From: a virus
Lineage: Duplodnaviria; Caudoviricetes
IMG/VR virus record: IMGVR_UViG_3300037400_003797
Span: 1-64,000 of that record
Strand: one strand, 5' to 3'
DNA length: 64,000 bases
The notes beneath the pieces are model-generated. The model searched no databases. It was given only the letters and a program-made list of their open reading frames with translations, and was not told the origin of the DNA. Below are positions 19,408 through 29,155 of this stretch, one piece after another. How positions within the stretch are numbered: position 1 is the stretch's first letter; each line of letters starts with the position of its first letter. Position numbers and translations under genes: made by a program.

Positions 19408-20220
19408 ATGTTGGAATTCATATCTAAAAGTACACCGCTTAACCTCATTATCACAGGAATCTTTGTATTGTGCGCGATTTTAATAATCGTAAAGACAATC
19501 AAAGAGTTATCCGTGAAAGTTGGCGACAAGAGTGTTTCTTTTTCGAGCAAGAAAACGCAGTCGGAAATTGTAAAAGTCGTAACTGATTACGCAGATTTTA
19601 AGTACAAGATTAAGGAAGAGCAGGCGGAAGGTGTAAACGACCTGCATTTACAGGCAAAAAGAGTGGTGCAGGTGCAGATTGACCAATATGTAAAGAGAAT
19701 CACAGTTGATTACATGGGAGCGTTAAACAAGAGCGGGGCTGAAAATGCCGGGCTTACTATAAATATTTTCTCGCTTCTCATGCGGATTCTTTATAACGAA
19801 ATGTACAAATTCTGCATGGAGATATACGAAAGGAATCATCTTAAAGACAAGTCGGATTCTGAATTAAAAGAACTTGCAGAAACAAACTATCAGCGGCTTG
19901 CTGACATTTTCCGGGAATTCATGCAGACGAATTGGCTTGATGTAATGGGGGAGTACGAAGTCCTTCATAATATCTGTGTGGCAGAAATAAACTTTGTGCG
20001 GAATATTATGTATCAGATTCTTGCTTCTTTCCGGGATTTGAGCCGTCAAAAATACGAGCTTATCAATACTATCAATGACATAGATTGCAAGGTTAGGGAG
20101 AAAGTACAAAATAATGGCGTTCTTCCCACCAATGCAATCTCAATTCTTTCAGACCTTTACATTCCCGGAACAGGGCTTAACAAAAACAGCGTAGACAGGT
20201 GGCTATCCACAACAAAATAA
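19408..20220 (+). CDS. Membrane-anchored helical protein
   Basis: N-terminal hydrophobic helix; start at ATG 19408. Confidence 0.65.
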   Translation: MLEFISKSTPLNLIITGIFVLCAILIIVKTIKELSVKVGDKSVSFSSKKTQSEIVKVVTDYADFKYKIKEEQAEGVNDLHLQAKRVVQVQIDQYVKRITVDYMGALNKSGAENAGLTINIFSLLMRILYNEMYKFCMEIYERNHLKDKSDSELKELAETNYQRLADIFREFMQTNWLDVMGEYEVLHNICVAEINFVRNIMYQILASFRDLSRQKYELINTINDIDCKVREKVQNNGVLPTNAISILSDLYIPGTGLNKNSVDRWLSTTK

Positions 20221-20236
20221 AACAGGGGGCTAAAAA

Positions 20237-20545
20237 ATGATTGATTCACAGCTTATCTTGAAAATTTGTGTTGCAGCTTTTGCAACTGTAGGAATTGAAG
20301 AGTACATCAAGAACTTTCTGAAAACAGAAAAGACTAAAATCTATGCTCTTATTATGATTCCGCTTTCTCTCGGCTGCTTCTTCGCCATTGAGAAATTGCC
20401 TATCTGGGTTATAGGCGGACTTCTTACAGTCGGTTGTGTGCAGATTGCGTATCAGACAATCATACAGGGATTCAAGGCTGTTATTGACGGTCTTGTAGAT
20501 AAACTAAAGGGAATGGGAAAAGAAAACAATGACAGCCGCGATTAA
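20237..20545 (+). CDS. Putative holin
   Basis: 2-3 hydrophobic helices, charged C-terminus, lysis context. Confidence 0.55.
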   Translation: MIDSQLILKICVAAFATVGIEEYIKNFLKTEKTKIYALIMIPLSLGCFFAIEKLPIWVIGGLLTVGCVQIAYQTIIQGFKAVIDGLVDKLKGMGKENNDSRD

Positions 20546-20819
20546 ACTTCTTCTGATTGTTTGCGCCGTTTTTCTTTTTGCAGCTTTGATTTTCTTCTTT
20601 TTGTGGCGGCTCTCTGTTGGCAAGAGAAAGTCGCAGAAGGAAACGATTGACAAGCTCGTGCAGCAGATAAACGAAGCGAAACAGACGAATTCCGAATTGG
20701 AATACACGATTAGTGTTCTGAAAAAGAACAGGGAGAAAGCAAATGAAAAAATCAATGATGTGCATAATGGCGATGTTCTTGGCAATGCTCTTGATAGGTT
20801 GCACAAGCACAAAGGTTGA
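20529..20819 (+). CDS. Putative inner-membrane spanin (Rz-like)
   Basis: N-terminal TM helix plus coiled coil; overlaps a lipoprotein ORF. Confidence 0.65.
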   Translation: MTAAIKLLLIVCAVFLFAALIFFFLWRLSVGKRKSQKETIDKLVQQINEAKQTNSELEYTISVLKKNREKANEKINDVHNGDVLGNALDRLHKHKG

Positions 20820-21021
20820 GTACATCAAAAAGCCTTATTTGCCGGAATTAAACTTTCCATTTTTTCCCGAATTGTACGGCGATGTAAGAAACCCGGACGA
20901 CACAGTAACAGTGCCGGGGGATTGGATTATACAGATTACTGACTTCCAGATTTACTATGAGGAATTGGAAGATAACTACAACGACTTGAAAAAGAAGTAT
21001 GAGGGAGAGAGTGACAAATGA
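20743..21021 (+). CDS. Putative outer-membrane spanin lipoprotein (Rz1-like)
   Basis: Lipobox LLIGC, Pro-rich, overlapping in another frame. Confidence 0.65.
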   Translation: MKKSMMCIMAMFLAMLLIGCTSTKVEYIKKPYLPELNFPFFPELYGDVRNPDDTVTVPGDWIIQITDFQIYYEELEDNYNDLKKKYEGESDK

Positions 21022-21443
21022 GCATGACATTAACACAGTTCATAAACACATACAAGGGTACGAAAGTCGATTACAAAGACGAAAACTTCAAGGGTGACGG
21101 CTCTTTTCAGTGCGTGGACTTGGCGCGGCAGTATTACAAAGATGTTCTGAATGTTCCGCAGTTTCCGGCTCTCGGTGCTGACGGCGGGGCAAAGGACATT
21201 ATCAAGAATCCGGGCAGCAAGCTGAAAGTCATAAAAGAAGATTTGCTTGCTGATTATTCTGCAGGCGATGTCCTTGTCTGGGGAGCGAGCAAAACAAACA
21301 AATACGGTCATGTCGCTATTCTTGTGGCAATCTATAACACAAAGTATTTCATTGTTCTTGAACAGGACGGTTTCAAGCAGGACGGCGTAAAACTTGCTTT
21401 CAGAAGCCGTGAGAATCTTTTGGGCGGATTGTACAAGGCATAA
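21018..21443 (+). CDS. CHAP-domain endolysin
   Basis: QCVDL, YGHVAI and LEQDG motifs. Confidence 0.85.
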   Translation: MSMTLTQFINTYKGTKVDYKDENFKGDGSFQCVDLARQYYKDVLNVPQFPALGADGGAKDIIKNPGSKLKVIKEDLLADYSAGDVLVWGASKTNKYGHVAILVAIYNTKYFIVLEQDGFKQDGVKLAFRSRENLLGGLYKA

Positions 21444-21503
21444 AGGGAAAAAATGGGCGGTATGCTCATAAATATAAAATGCCTTTAAGGCAGGGGGTAA
21501 AAT

Positions 21504-21854
21504 ATGAAAAAGAATATTCTTCTTATTCTTGGTCTTATTTTCGTCATTGCGGGTGTTGCCGTTGCATACTTCGCAAAATTCGAGCTTGCTGATGTGACAG
21601 GTTTCGCAATCACAATGTTTGGTGCGGGTCTTGCTTCGGCTCAGTTGTGGCAGAAACGCGACACGACAAAAAAGACATGGCTTGCGCTGTTTGCCGTTGT
21701 TTTTGTCGGTCTGGGTGCGTTCCTTCTCGGCTTCGGTCAGTTCAGCAAGGAAACTATGGTCACAGTTATTTCTACCGTGTTTGGTCTTGTAGCGATTATC
21801 GGCGGTCTTATTGTTTCCGCAATACAGTCAAAGAACGCAAAGCAGATTGAATGA
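21504..21854 (+). CDS. Four-TM membrane protein (holin-like)
   Basis: Four hydrophobic segments. Confidence 0.6.
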   Translation: MKKNILLILGLIFVIAGVAVAYFAKFELADVTGFAITMFGAGLASAQLWQKRDTTKKTWLALFAVVFVGLGAFLLGFGQFSKETMVTVISTVFGLVAIIGGLIVSAIQSKNAKQIE

Positions 21855-21872
21855 TTATTTACTAAGGCTTGA

Positions 21873-21912
21873 AAAACCGCTCTCTTTTTGCAAGGGGGCG
21901 GTTTATCTGTTT
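21873..21912 (+). terminator. Hairpin/terminator after lysis genes
   Basis: AAACCGCTCTCTT...AAGGGGGCGGTTT. Confidence 0.55.
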
Positions 21913-21928
21913 TCTTTGAGGTGATTTT

Positions 21929-24370
21929 ATGGCGGATATTGGTATTAGCGTAGGCTTAGACACTTCTCAATTACAGCAGGGCGCAAAGGGTGCTGCTGAT
22001 TCTCTTGGTGAAATGTATGACAAAATGGCGGAGTTGCAGACCGCAGGGGAAAAGCGCAATGCCATTTATGAGTATATGGCTAATGCAAATAGTGCCATTA
22101 AGGAACTTCTAAGCAGTATTAACAATTTGAATGGTACACAGATACAGGGCGGACAGCCCGGAAATGTACCGAACGGAAATGATGATAAAAACGCTACTTC
22201 TTTTGCAAACCGTACAAGTAGGGTTACAGAAACTTTAAGAAACGCAAATATTGACCGCCTTAAAAGCCAAGTTGAGATTGTGAATGAAAAACTTGGTGAA
22301 ATGTATGACAAAATGGCGGGTATGAATTCGCTTACTGATTCACAAGATTATGCTTCTATGGCTGAAACCGTAGCAAGGTTGGAAGAAGTAAAACGCGGAT
22401 TAACAGGCGAAATAAACAGGCTTGAAAACGGAACAAACAGACAATCTCGTAATGGAAATGGAGCGTTTGGATTTTTACAGCGTTCTGTTGGTGGTGTTCC
22501 GGCAATTATAAATAATGTAGGAAATGGCAATTTAGCTTCTCTTGCCGTACAGGGCTTAACTTCGGGAGCGGGATTATTAAAGTCTGGAAGTGCAGCCGCC
22601 GCAGAAGGTGGAGCGGCTCTTGCAGGTTTAAGCCCGGCTTTGCTTGCTACAGGTGGTGTCGCTCTTATTGGTGCGCTCATAGCTGCAGGCGGTAACGCTA
22701 TGGCTAATCAGTGGGAAAAGAACTCCGAAGAAGCCGTAGATATGCAAGCTCTTTATGGTAGAAACATAGAAGGGAAAACAAAGCAGCAGAATAGCGAAGA
22801 ATTGAGAGAGTTATTCAATGCCGCTTCAACAAAAAACGAAAGAAACTTCACAGGATATACAACACAAGAATTCATGCAGCTTGCAAGCGGATTTTCAAGA
22901 TTTGGTATAAATAGTTCTTATTCCGCTATGAATAACGCCGCCGATGTTTTAAGTTGGCAGAGGTGGTCGGGTGCAGACCGTGGAGTATTGCAGAACTTTG
23001 TTGGAAATGCAATGCGTTATGGAGCTGCTGCAACGGCAAACAATGCTTTGAATCCGGCTTATGCAGCCCTCGAACAGTCGGGTATGCACAAAGGACAACT
23101 TAACGAAATGCTTTCTTCTATCCAGAGTGTGCTTGAAGAAGGTATTGCGAACGGCTTTGTAAAATCTACAGAAGAAATAGCAAATAATCTTTCTATGCTC
23201 TCAAAGTTGAGCGGAAACAATGTTTTGTGGCAAGGTCAGAATGGTGCGCAGCGACTTTCACAGATGAATTCTGCTCTTGCAAACAGTACATCGTTAGAAT
23301 CTGTTTCGGCTGTAATGAACTATCAAGCCGCAAATAACGCAAGAGGAAAAATGCTTGCTGAACTTTCTGACGAAAGAACAACGCCTCAGCGTAGAGCATA
23401 TATCAAAGACCAATTAAAGGGAATTGATACAGGCACTTATATAGATACAATGCTTCTCATGGAAAAGGGATTGTCGCCGGACATTCTTAAAGCACAGTTT
23501 GACGCTGTAGGCTCTATGGAAGGTAACAATACAGCAGGTGCTATTGAGCGATTCAGACAGATGTACAATCTTAACTATACAGGTGCAAAACAAGTTTATG
23601 ATATGTACGAAAAATCACGAAATGGTGAAGTTGATTGGAACGCTTTCTATAAAGCTGTAAACGGCATTACACAGAAAACTGAATATCAGTCGGAAGAAAC
23701 TTCATACAAAACCGCTGTAATAAACATCAAAGACCAGATTGCAAAAATGGGTCAAGATTTGTTCAGTATCCGTGAAAAAATCGTAGGTGTAGATTCAACA
23801 ACAAAGAAGGTTGAAGAAGCTAAAGAAAATGCCGCCGCTTATGCTCCTTCTGTTCCGGCTTTTGACCGAACATTTACAGAAACAGGCTCTTATAAGAACT
23901 ATAACCCGGTAAACGATAAATGGGAACAGCTTAAAAAAGCCGGGCTTGTTTTTGAAGCCGTAGAAGTAAAAGACATGAGCAGCCCAATGAGTAAAACCGA
24001 ATGGGCTAGTTCTGACGGCTGGGGTGGTGAAAGAACATTAGCGAATTACAAAGAAGCTCTTGAAAGTGGAGAAGCATATCATTCAAAGTTAGTTACAGGT
24101 GATGAAGCTAAAGGCTTCTTCTTTAATTCTGACGATATGGAGCAGGTAAGGCAGAAGGAAGCTGAATTCAGATTGCCAAATTCAGAAGGTGGAATAGACT
24201 TGTCAGAAAGGGAAAAATCTATTCTTAATTCAATGTTTGAAGAAATGTATAAAAAATACAATCCTAGTGCAGACAAAAAAACAATAGAAAGGTTCTTACA
24301 GATTATTTCAGAAAACACAAGTGCGCAGAATGACCAGCCGTTAGTTATAAATCTTACAATCCCGAACTAA
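21929..24370 (+). CDS. Tape-measure-like protein
   Basis: 813 aa, helical, Ala/Gly-rich hydrophobic middle segment. Confidence 0.6.
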   Translation: MADIGISVGLDTSQLQQGAKGAADSLGEMYDKMAELQTAGEKRNAIYEYMANANSAIKELLSSINNLNGTQIQGGQPGNVPNGNDDKNATSFANRTSRVTETLRNANIDRLKSQVEIVNEKLGEMYDKMAGMNSLTDSQDYASMAETVARLEEVKRGLTGEINRLENGTNRQSRNGNGAFGFLQRSVGGVPAIINNVGNGNLASLAVQGLTSGAGLLKSGSAAAAEGGAALAGLSPALLATGGVALIGALIAAGGNAMANQWEKNSEEAVDMQALYGRNIEGKTKQQNSEELRELFNAASTKNERNFTGYTTQEFMQLASGFSRFGINSSYSAMNNAADVLSWQRWSGADRGVLQNFVGNAMRYGAAATANNALNPAYAALEQSGMHKGQLNEMLSSIQSVLEEGIANGFVKSTEEIANNLSMLSKLSGNNVLWQGQNGAQRLSQMNSALANSTSLESVSAVMNYQAANNARGKMLAELSDERTTPQRRAYIKDQLKGIDTGTYIDTMLLMEKGLSPDILKAQFDAVGSMEGNNTAGAIERFRQMYNLNYTGAKQVYDMYEKSRNGEVDWNAFYKAVNGITQKTEYQSEETSYKTAVINIKDQIAKMGQDLFSIREKIVGVDSTTKKVEEAKENAAAYAPSVPAFDRTFTETGSYKNYNPVNDKWEQLKKAGLVFEAVEVKDMSSPMSKTEWASSDGWGGERTLANYKEALESGEAYHSKLVTGDEAKGFFFNSDDMEQVRQKEAEFRLPNSEGGIDLSEREKSILNSMFEEMYKKYNPSADKKTIERFLQIISENTSAQNDQPLVINLTIPN

Positions 24371-25050
24371 TCTATGTGTTCCATATATTCAACGACAAAA
24401 TGCCGATTTTTAATCTTGCCAAACAAGGCGTATTTGTTATTGAATTTCTGTTTCTGGATATAAAGAAGCTGTTTTGCTGTGTCGGTATTATAGTAAGCAA
24501 AAAAATCTTTCCATGTGTTATCAGATTCATCAAAATATTCAAAACAAATCATATCATTAGAGGTGTATTTGTAATCACATTGTAATTGAATCAGTTTACC
24601 TTCGTATTCGGTGGGAAGAATTGTAATGTTTCTTATGGGAACGATAGGAATAATTTTAGATAAATCATAAGGTTTTATGTCAGAAACATCAAGAAAAACA
24701 AAATTATTTTTTTTGATATAATCCAGAAAAATTGCAATATTCTTTTCTCCGTTTGGATTGGTCAAAATATAACTTTTGTATTCAGCATTAAACGATGTTT
24801 TGTAATCTAAAACATCGTTATGTTCTATCTCTTCAATGTATTTTATTTCGCACTTTTCAAAATACAATTCAAAAATATTCATCATTTCTTTTTTGTTAGA
24901 TTTATCAAGGAAAGAGCCAACGGCTGAAAATGTTTCTTCTATATTACCTTTTTTATTTTCCGAAAAAACTTTTTCCCAATCCGAGTGTGTTTGTGCAAAA
25001 ATAGAAAGCCCGGCAAAAAGCAGAAAAATAGATAAAACAAATCTTTTCAT
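24367..25050 (-). CDS. Exported protein, AT-rich moron-like gene
   Basis: Signal peptide MKRFVLSIFLLFAGLSIFA. Confidence 0.7.
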   Translation of the reverse strand: MKRFVLSIFLLFAGLSIFAQTHSDWEKVFSENKKGNIEETFSAVGSFLDKSNKKEMMNIFELYFEKCEIKYIEEIEHNDVLDYKTSFNAEYKSYILTNPNGEKNIAIFLDYIKKNNFVFLDVSDIKPYDLSKIIPIVPIRNITILPTEYEGKLIQLQCDYKYTSNDMICFEYFDESDNTWKDFFAYYNTDTAKQLLYIQKQKFNNKYALFGKIKNRHFVVEYMEHID

Positions 25051-25180
25051 ATTCTCACCTCACAATTATATTATACACAAATTTGTGCAAATTCGCAAAT
25101 AAAAAAGGTGTTTACTACAGATTGTAATGATTGTGGCGGAAATTACTACAATATGATATAATTGTGTAAAGGAGTATGTT

Positions 25181-25378
25181 ATGACAAAGGCTGATTTTGA
25201 CAACTATATGAAATTCCGTAAGGCAGCAGAAGAAAACGCTGCAAAGATTGAGAAAATCTTGAATGAGAATGGTTATACAGTAGTAAGGGCTTACAATCCA
25301 GAAGTTATTAACGGCAAAGACGGCAAGCCCGAACTGATTACAAATCTTATTGTTTCACAGGAATTTCCGCTTGATTAG
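25181..25378 (+). CDS. Hypothetical protein
   Basis: AAGGAG RBS, 65 aa. Confidence 0.65.
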   Translation: MTKADFDNYMKFRKAAEENAAKIEKILNENGYTVVRAYNPEVINGKDGKPELITNLIVSQEFPLD

Positions 25379-25517
25379 CGGAGTTATCCTCGATTGTAAG
25401 TGACTTGCCACAAAAAGGGCAGGTGTTTTCCAGCTCGTTAGAGCGCGGCAAATGATATTCTCCCGGAGCTGTATCGCCAACAAGAGCCTTACAGGTGTCG
25501 CAATAACATCTCCATTG

Positions 25518-25814
25518 TCAATCGTTTTTCACTTTCTCGATAAAACTTTCAATATCTGTAAGAAGCGTGTCATACTTCTTTTTATAGATGTTTTTTTCTT
25601 TGCCTGTGATAAGGTACTCCACGGAAACATTAAGAAATTGGGCGATTTTTACAGTATCGAATACATCAGGGGCGATGTTTCTTGTGATTCTCCCCCGATG
25701 GGATTGTATATTCATACCGCAAGCGTTACACATTTCAGTTTGCGTAACACCTTTTTCTTTGCAGAGGTCTTTTATTCTGTCATAAACGGCGGCAATTTTT
25801 TCTTCTGTACTCAT
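25518..25814 (-). CDS. XRE-family HTH regulator
   Basis: RIKDLCKEKG...KIAQFLNVSVEYLITG. Confidence 0.85.
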   Translation of the reverse strand: MSTEEKIAAVYDRIKDLCKEKGVTQTEMCNACGMNIQSHRGRITRNIAPDVFDTVKIAQFLNVSVEYLITGKEKNIYKKKYDTLLTDIESFIEKVKND

Positions 25815-25866
25815 AATCGTATTACATATTTATTATCGTATGTTTGGCAATAAAAATCAAGTGAAA

Positions 25867-25959
25867 AATTGTAAAATTACAATTTTTAAAGATAATTTAT
25901 TGACAAAACTTGCAATTTTGCAATATAATAATGATTATAAATTGTATTACTACAATTTA
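25867..25959 (+). promoter_or_regulatory. Promoter with palindromic operator candidates
   Basis: TTGACA(25900)-18-TATAAT; AAATTGTA...TACAATTT inverted repeats at about 25867 and 25940. Confidence 0.6.
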
Positions 25960-26020
25960 AATAAAAAAAGCGGTAGAAACTCTGTCTGCAAACTGAATCT
26001 TCTACCGCAAGGAGTTGCGT

Positions 26021-26866
26021 ATGCAAAACCCAATTAAAGAATCGGCATTAGCCGATACAAGTTTAGCAGAGATTCAAGTTTTTGAAAACTCTGAATTTGG
26101 AAAAGTAAGGACAGTAAGAATTGACAATGAGACTTACTTTGTTGGTAAGGATATTGCAGAGATTCTTGGATTTTCCAATTCAAGAAAAGCGATTGCTGAC
26201 CATGTTGATGATGAAGATAAGGGGGTAACGAATTGTTACACCCCCGGCGGAAAGCAAAATGTAACAATCATCAACGAAAGCGGCTTGTATTCGCTCATTC
26301 TTGGCTCAAAGCTGGAATCCGCAAAGAAATTCAAGCATTGGGTAACAAGTGAAGTCTTGCCGTCAATCAGAAAGACAGGCGGCTACAATGTACCGAAAAC
26401 TTATGCGGAAGCCTTGCAGATTGCGGCAAATCAAGCAAAGCAGATTGAGGAAAAGAACAGGCAGATAGCGCAGATGAAGCCGTCCGCCGATTCTTGGGAA
26501 ACTTACGCCGGGGATATGAAGCAGCGAAGCAAGGAAAAATCTTTCCGTGATGTTGCGAAGCTCTTGGGGCTTACGCCGCAGAAAGCACTTATCAAATGGT
26601 TCTTTGATAACGGCTATATCATGCGTGGCGGTGACGGTTGGACGGCAACCCAGAGGGGAATAGAAAGCGGAATGTTGGTAAATCGCATTATCACGGCGCA
26701 GAACGGACACGCCGGGGAACAATGCAAGGTTACGACATTTGGCATGATGAAGCTCTCCTACTTGAAGGGGGAGGGAACTTTTGACAACTGCATAGCGCAG
26801 GAAAGGACTTTCGGCGAGCGCAGAAAGCCGAGGAATTACCACAGAAAGTCCATTCTGACGGACTAA
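26021..26866 (+). CDS. Phage antirepressor (BRO-N plus ANT/KilA-C-like)
   Basis: FENSEFGKVR, INESGLYSL, VLPSIRKTGGY. Confidence 0.9.
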   Translation: MQNPIKESALADTSLAEIQVFENSEFGKVRTVRIDNETYFVGKDIAEILGFSNSRKAIADHVDDEDKGVTNCYTPGGKQNVTIINESGLYSLILGSKLESAKKFKHWVTSEVLPSIRKTGGYNVPKTYAEALQIAANQAKQIEEKNRQIAQMKPSADSWETYAGDMKQRSKEKSFRDVAKLLGLTPQKALIKWFFDNGYIMRGGDGWTATQRGIESGMLVNRIITAQNGHAGEQCKVTTFGMMKLSYLKGEGTFDNCIAQERTFGERRKPRNYHRKSILTD

Positions 26867-26907
26867 AAGAACAACCCAACGATACATTTTTAAGAGGAGA
26901 TAACGAT

Positions 26908-27180
26908 ATGACTATAGGCGAAATTTACGGAACGGCACTAAAAGTGCAGAATCTTTCCAACGAAGAATGGGATGCGTTCAATTCATTTTTTGACGAGCGC
27001 GATGTAATCAACAACGACATGAAGAAGGAAAACCCGGCTTTGTTCAATGCCCTTTGCCGAATGAAGGAAAATCAAGCGAAGATTGAAACGATTGACGCTC
27101 TTTTCTGCTCATGCGACGGTAAATTTGAGGACAGGACTGTTTCAACAAGTCGGGAACTTGCGATAGCAAGCAATTTTTAA
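26908..27180 (+). CDS. Hypothetical protein
   Basis: GAGGAG RBS, 90 aa. Confidence 0.65.
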   Translation: MTIGEIYGTALKVQNLSNEEWDAFNSFFDERDVINNDMKKENPALFNALCRMKENQAKIETIDALFCSCDGKFEDRTVSTSRELAIASNF

Positions 27181-27210
27181 ACTTTGTAAAAGAGAAGAGG
27201 TCGTGAGAAA

Positions 27211-27474
27211 TCACGACTTCTTCTTCTCAAAGAATTCCTGCACTCTTGCCGTTGCGTTTTCTTGAATTTTGTTCATTGCTTCAAGAGCGTCTTTCTTTGA
27301 AGTTTTGCCGAAAACGCCGATTATAAGCCGGGCGTAAATATCGGTGAAAAGAAAGGCAATGCTTCCGGCTGTACCTTTTGCGAAGTTCTTTTCAATCTTG
27401 CCGTCTTTTACTTTGATTTCAATTTCCGTTTCCTGTACACGGTTAATAAAGTCTTTTACATCAGTCTGTTTCAT
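27211..27474 (-). CDS. Hypothetical protein
   Basis: GGGAG RBS, 87 aa. Confidence 0.65.
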   Translation of the reverse strand: MKQTDVKDFINRVQETEIEIKVKDGKIEKNFAKGTAGSIAFLFTDIYARLIIGVFGKTSKKDALEAMNKIQENATARVQEFFEKKKS

Positions 27475-27489
27475 CTTTATATCTCCCTT

Positions 27490-27609
27490 TTAATATTCCC
27501 AATCGTTTTCCTGTTCAATCCCGCTGATTTCTTCTATGATTGCTCCGATAACGGCAATCGTTATGAACAAGCAGAGAATGACACCGATAAGAATTCCTAC
27601 AAATCTCAT
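27490..27609 (-). CDS. Small single-TM peptide (39 aa, not in ORF track)
   Basis: MRFVGILIGVILCLFITIAV...; GGAGG RBS. Confidence 0.5.
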   Translation of the reverse strand: MRFVGILIGVILCLFITIAVIGAIIEEISGIEQENDWEY

Positions 27610-27611
27610 TT

Positions 27612-28358
27612 CTATTCTGCCTCCTCAAAAAGTGATTGCATTTTAATCTGTTTGTTTTCTTCGATAAGTTCTGATTCATCGAAAAGAGAAGGACAAAAAC
27701 CGCCCTCGCTTTTAAGCCGTTCAATGGCTGGAATGAAGTATTTTCCCCGAAGCTCACAGCCTAAGAAATGCCTGCTTTCATTTCCCGCAACTAAAAGCGT
27801 TGAGCCACTTCCGGCACATGGGTCAAAGACTGTCTGATTAGGTCGTGAATTTTCTATGATAAGCTGCCTTAATAAGTCGTGATTCTTTTCTGTCGGGTGT
27901 AGTTTTCCTGTTCCTTGTGGATATGTAAGCACGGAAGGAATACAGAAGCCGCCAAAATATGCGCCGGGCTTTTTAGTCCATACGGCGTTTTCTACTGAAT
28001 TAAGGTATTCTTTTTCGCCGTTCATTACGCTGGGATTTGTCTTAGCCCATACTAAATGCCGGGTAGGGTATTTTTTTTTCTTAAAGTATGTGAAGATTTG
28101 CGCAAGCTGTTCTATTCCGCAGAATATGACGATTGAGCCTTTTGTTACTTTGTCAACGAGCGGCAAAAACTCTGACAGCTCGAATGTCTTTGTGTCTGCA
28201 TCGCCTTTATCCAGATTCCTTCTATCCATGCCGTTATGTCCGATATTGGTATTAACTTCGCAATATGGTATGTCGGTAAGGGTGAGGTCTACGGAATTCT
28301 TAGGCATATTCTTCATGTATTCTATGCAGTCGCAATGTATGAGCGTGTCAAAGTCCAT
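27612..28358 (-). CDS. N4-C/N6-A DNA methyltransferase (beta class)
   Basis: TDIPY precedes HPTEK and FDPCAGSG. Confidence 0.9.
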   Translation of the reverse strand: MDFDTLIHCDCIEYMKNMPKNSVDLTLTDIPYCEVNTNIGHNGMDRRNLDKGDADTKTFELSEFLPLVDKVTKGSIVIFCGIEQLAQIFTYFKKKKYPTRHLVWAKTNPSVMNGEKEYLNSVENAVWTKKPGAYFGGFCIPSVLTYPQGTGKLHPTEKNHDLLRQLIIENSRPNQTVFDPCAGSGSTLLVAGNESRHFLGCELRGKYFIPAIERLKSEGGFCPSLFDESELIEENKQIKMQSLFEEAE

Positions 28359-28374
28359 TTTGTTTTAGTTCCTT

Positions 28375-29153
28375 CTATTTCTCGTCCAAAAAATCAAATA
28401 GCGTAGGCTGCAAGTGCTGATTCTTCCCGATTACGAAATCACAAATCCAATTTCTAGCGTAATCCGGGTGTATCATTGACCTTTCGCCTCCACATAGTCC
28501 GTTTCCTTTACTTCTTGCGCAGTCGTTTATTACCTTTTGCTTTTTGTCATTCTGATAGCTCCAACCGTGCGTAGGTTCACAGTTTATAAACCAATACGCC
28601 GTAGGCTTTTTGAATACATCACCGCGCTCCATTCTGTTTTTATCTATGAATGTAGGCGGCAAGAAGTTCTGACCAGAAATCAAGTAATTCGGTATAGTTG
28701 CCGGATTCTCGATTATCAGCCGTATTTTCTTTTGGTCGCAGATTGCAACGAACTTATAAAGCAATTCGTGAAATCGCGTCCGTTTTTCAAGCCTGTCAAG
28801 TGCGTATTCGATACGCTCTGTAAGGCTTTTATTAAGTGTTCCGTTCCGCATAAGCGCAAAATCAAGCTGCTGGATTGTTTCAAAGTAAATGCACGGAAAG
28901 AACGCAATAACAAGGTCTTGACAGGAAGAAATAGAATCGAACAAACTTGTCTTGTCTTGTCTTGTCTTGTCTTGTCTTGTCTTAGGGCTTCATACGCCTT
29001 ATCAATTTCAGCGAACAAATCTATTACATGGTCTGTTTCGCCGAATTCGTTTTGTATGTCATAATCCTCTGCTTGAAATCCGAGCTTGCGGAATTCATTC
29101 TTGAATGTTCCGCTTTGCTCGAAAAAGCAATGTACTTTACCTGTAATTTCCAT
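28375..29153 (-). pseudogene. C5-cytosine-methyltransferase-like gene frameshifted at a pentanucleotide repeat
   Basis: FFEQSG in the 5' frame; FFPC, IENP and KKPT in the 3' frame; junction at (CTTGT)7. Confidence 0.75.
28946..28983 (+). repeat. Simple sequence repeat (CTTGT)7 CTT
   Basis: Directly visible perfect tandem repeat. Confidence 0.97.
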
Positions 29154-29155
29154 TG

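Noticed and set aside
25968-26006. Sixth paired-loop leader upstream of the first antirepressor
   Set aside because: Single hairpin with the A tract on the 5' side and no upstream complementary-loop hairpin
28071-28079. T9 homopolymer as a phase-variation site in the N4/N6 methyltransferase
   Set aside because: Gene is in frame (Lys run) and such runs are common at this AT content
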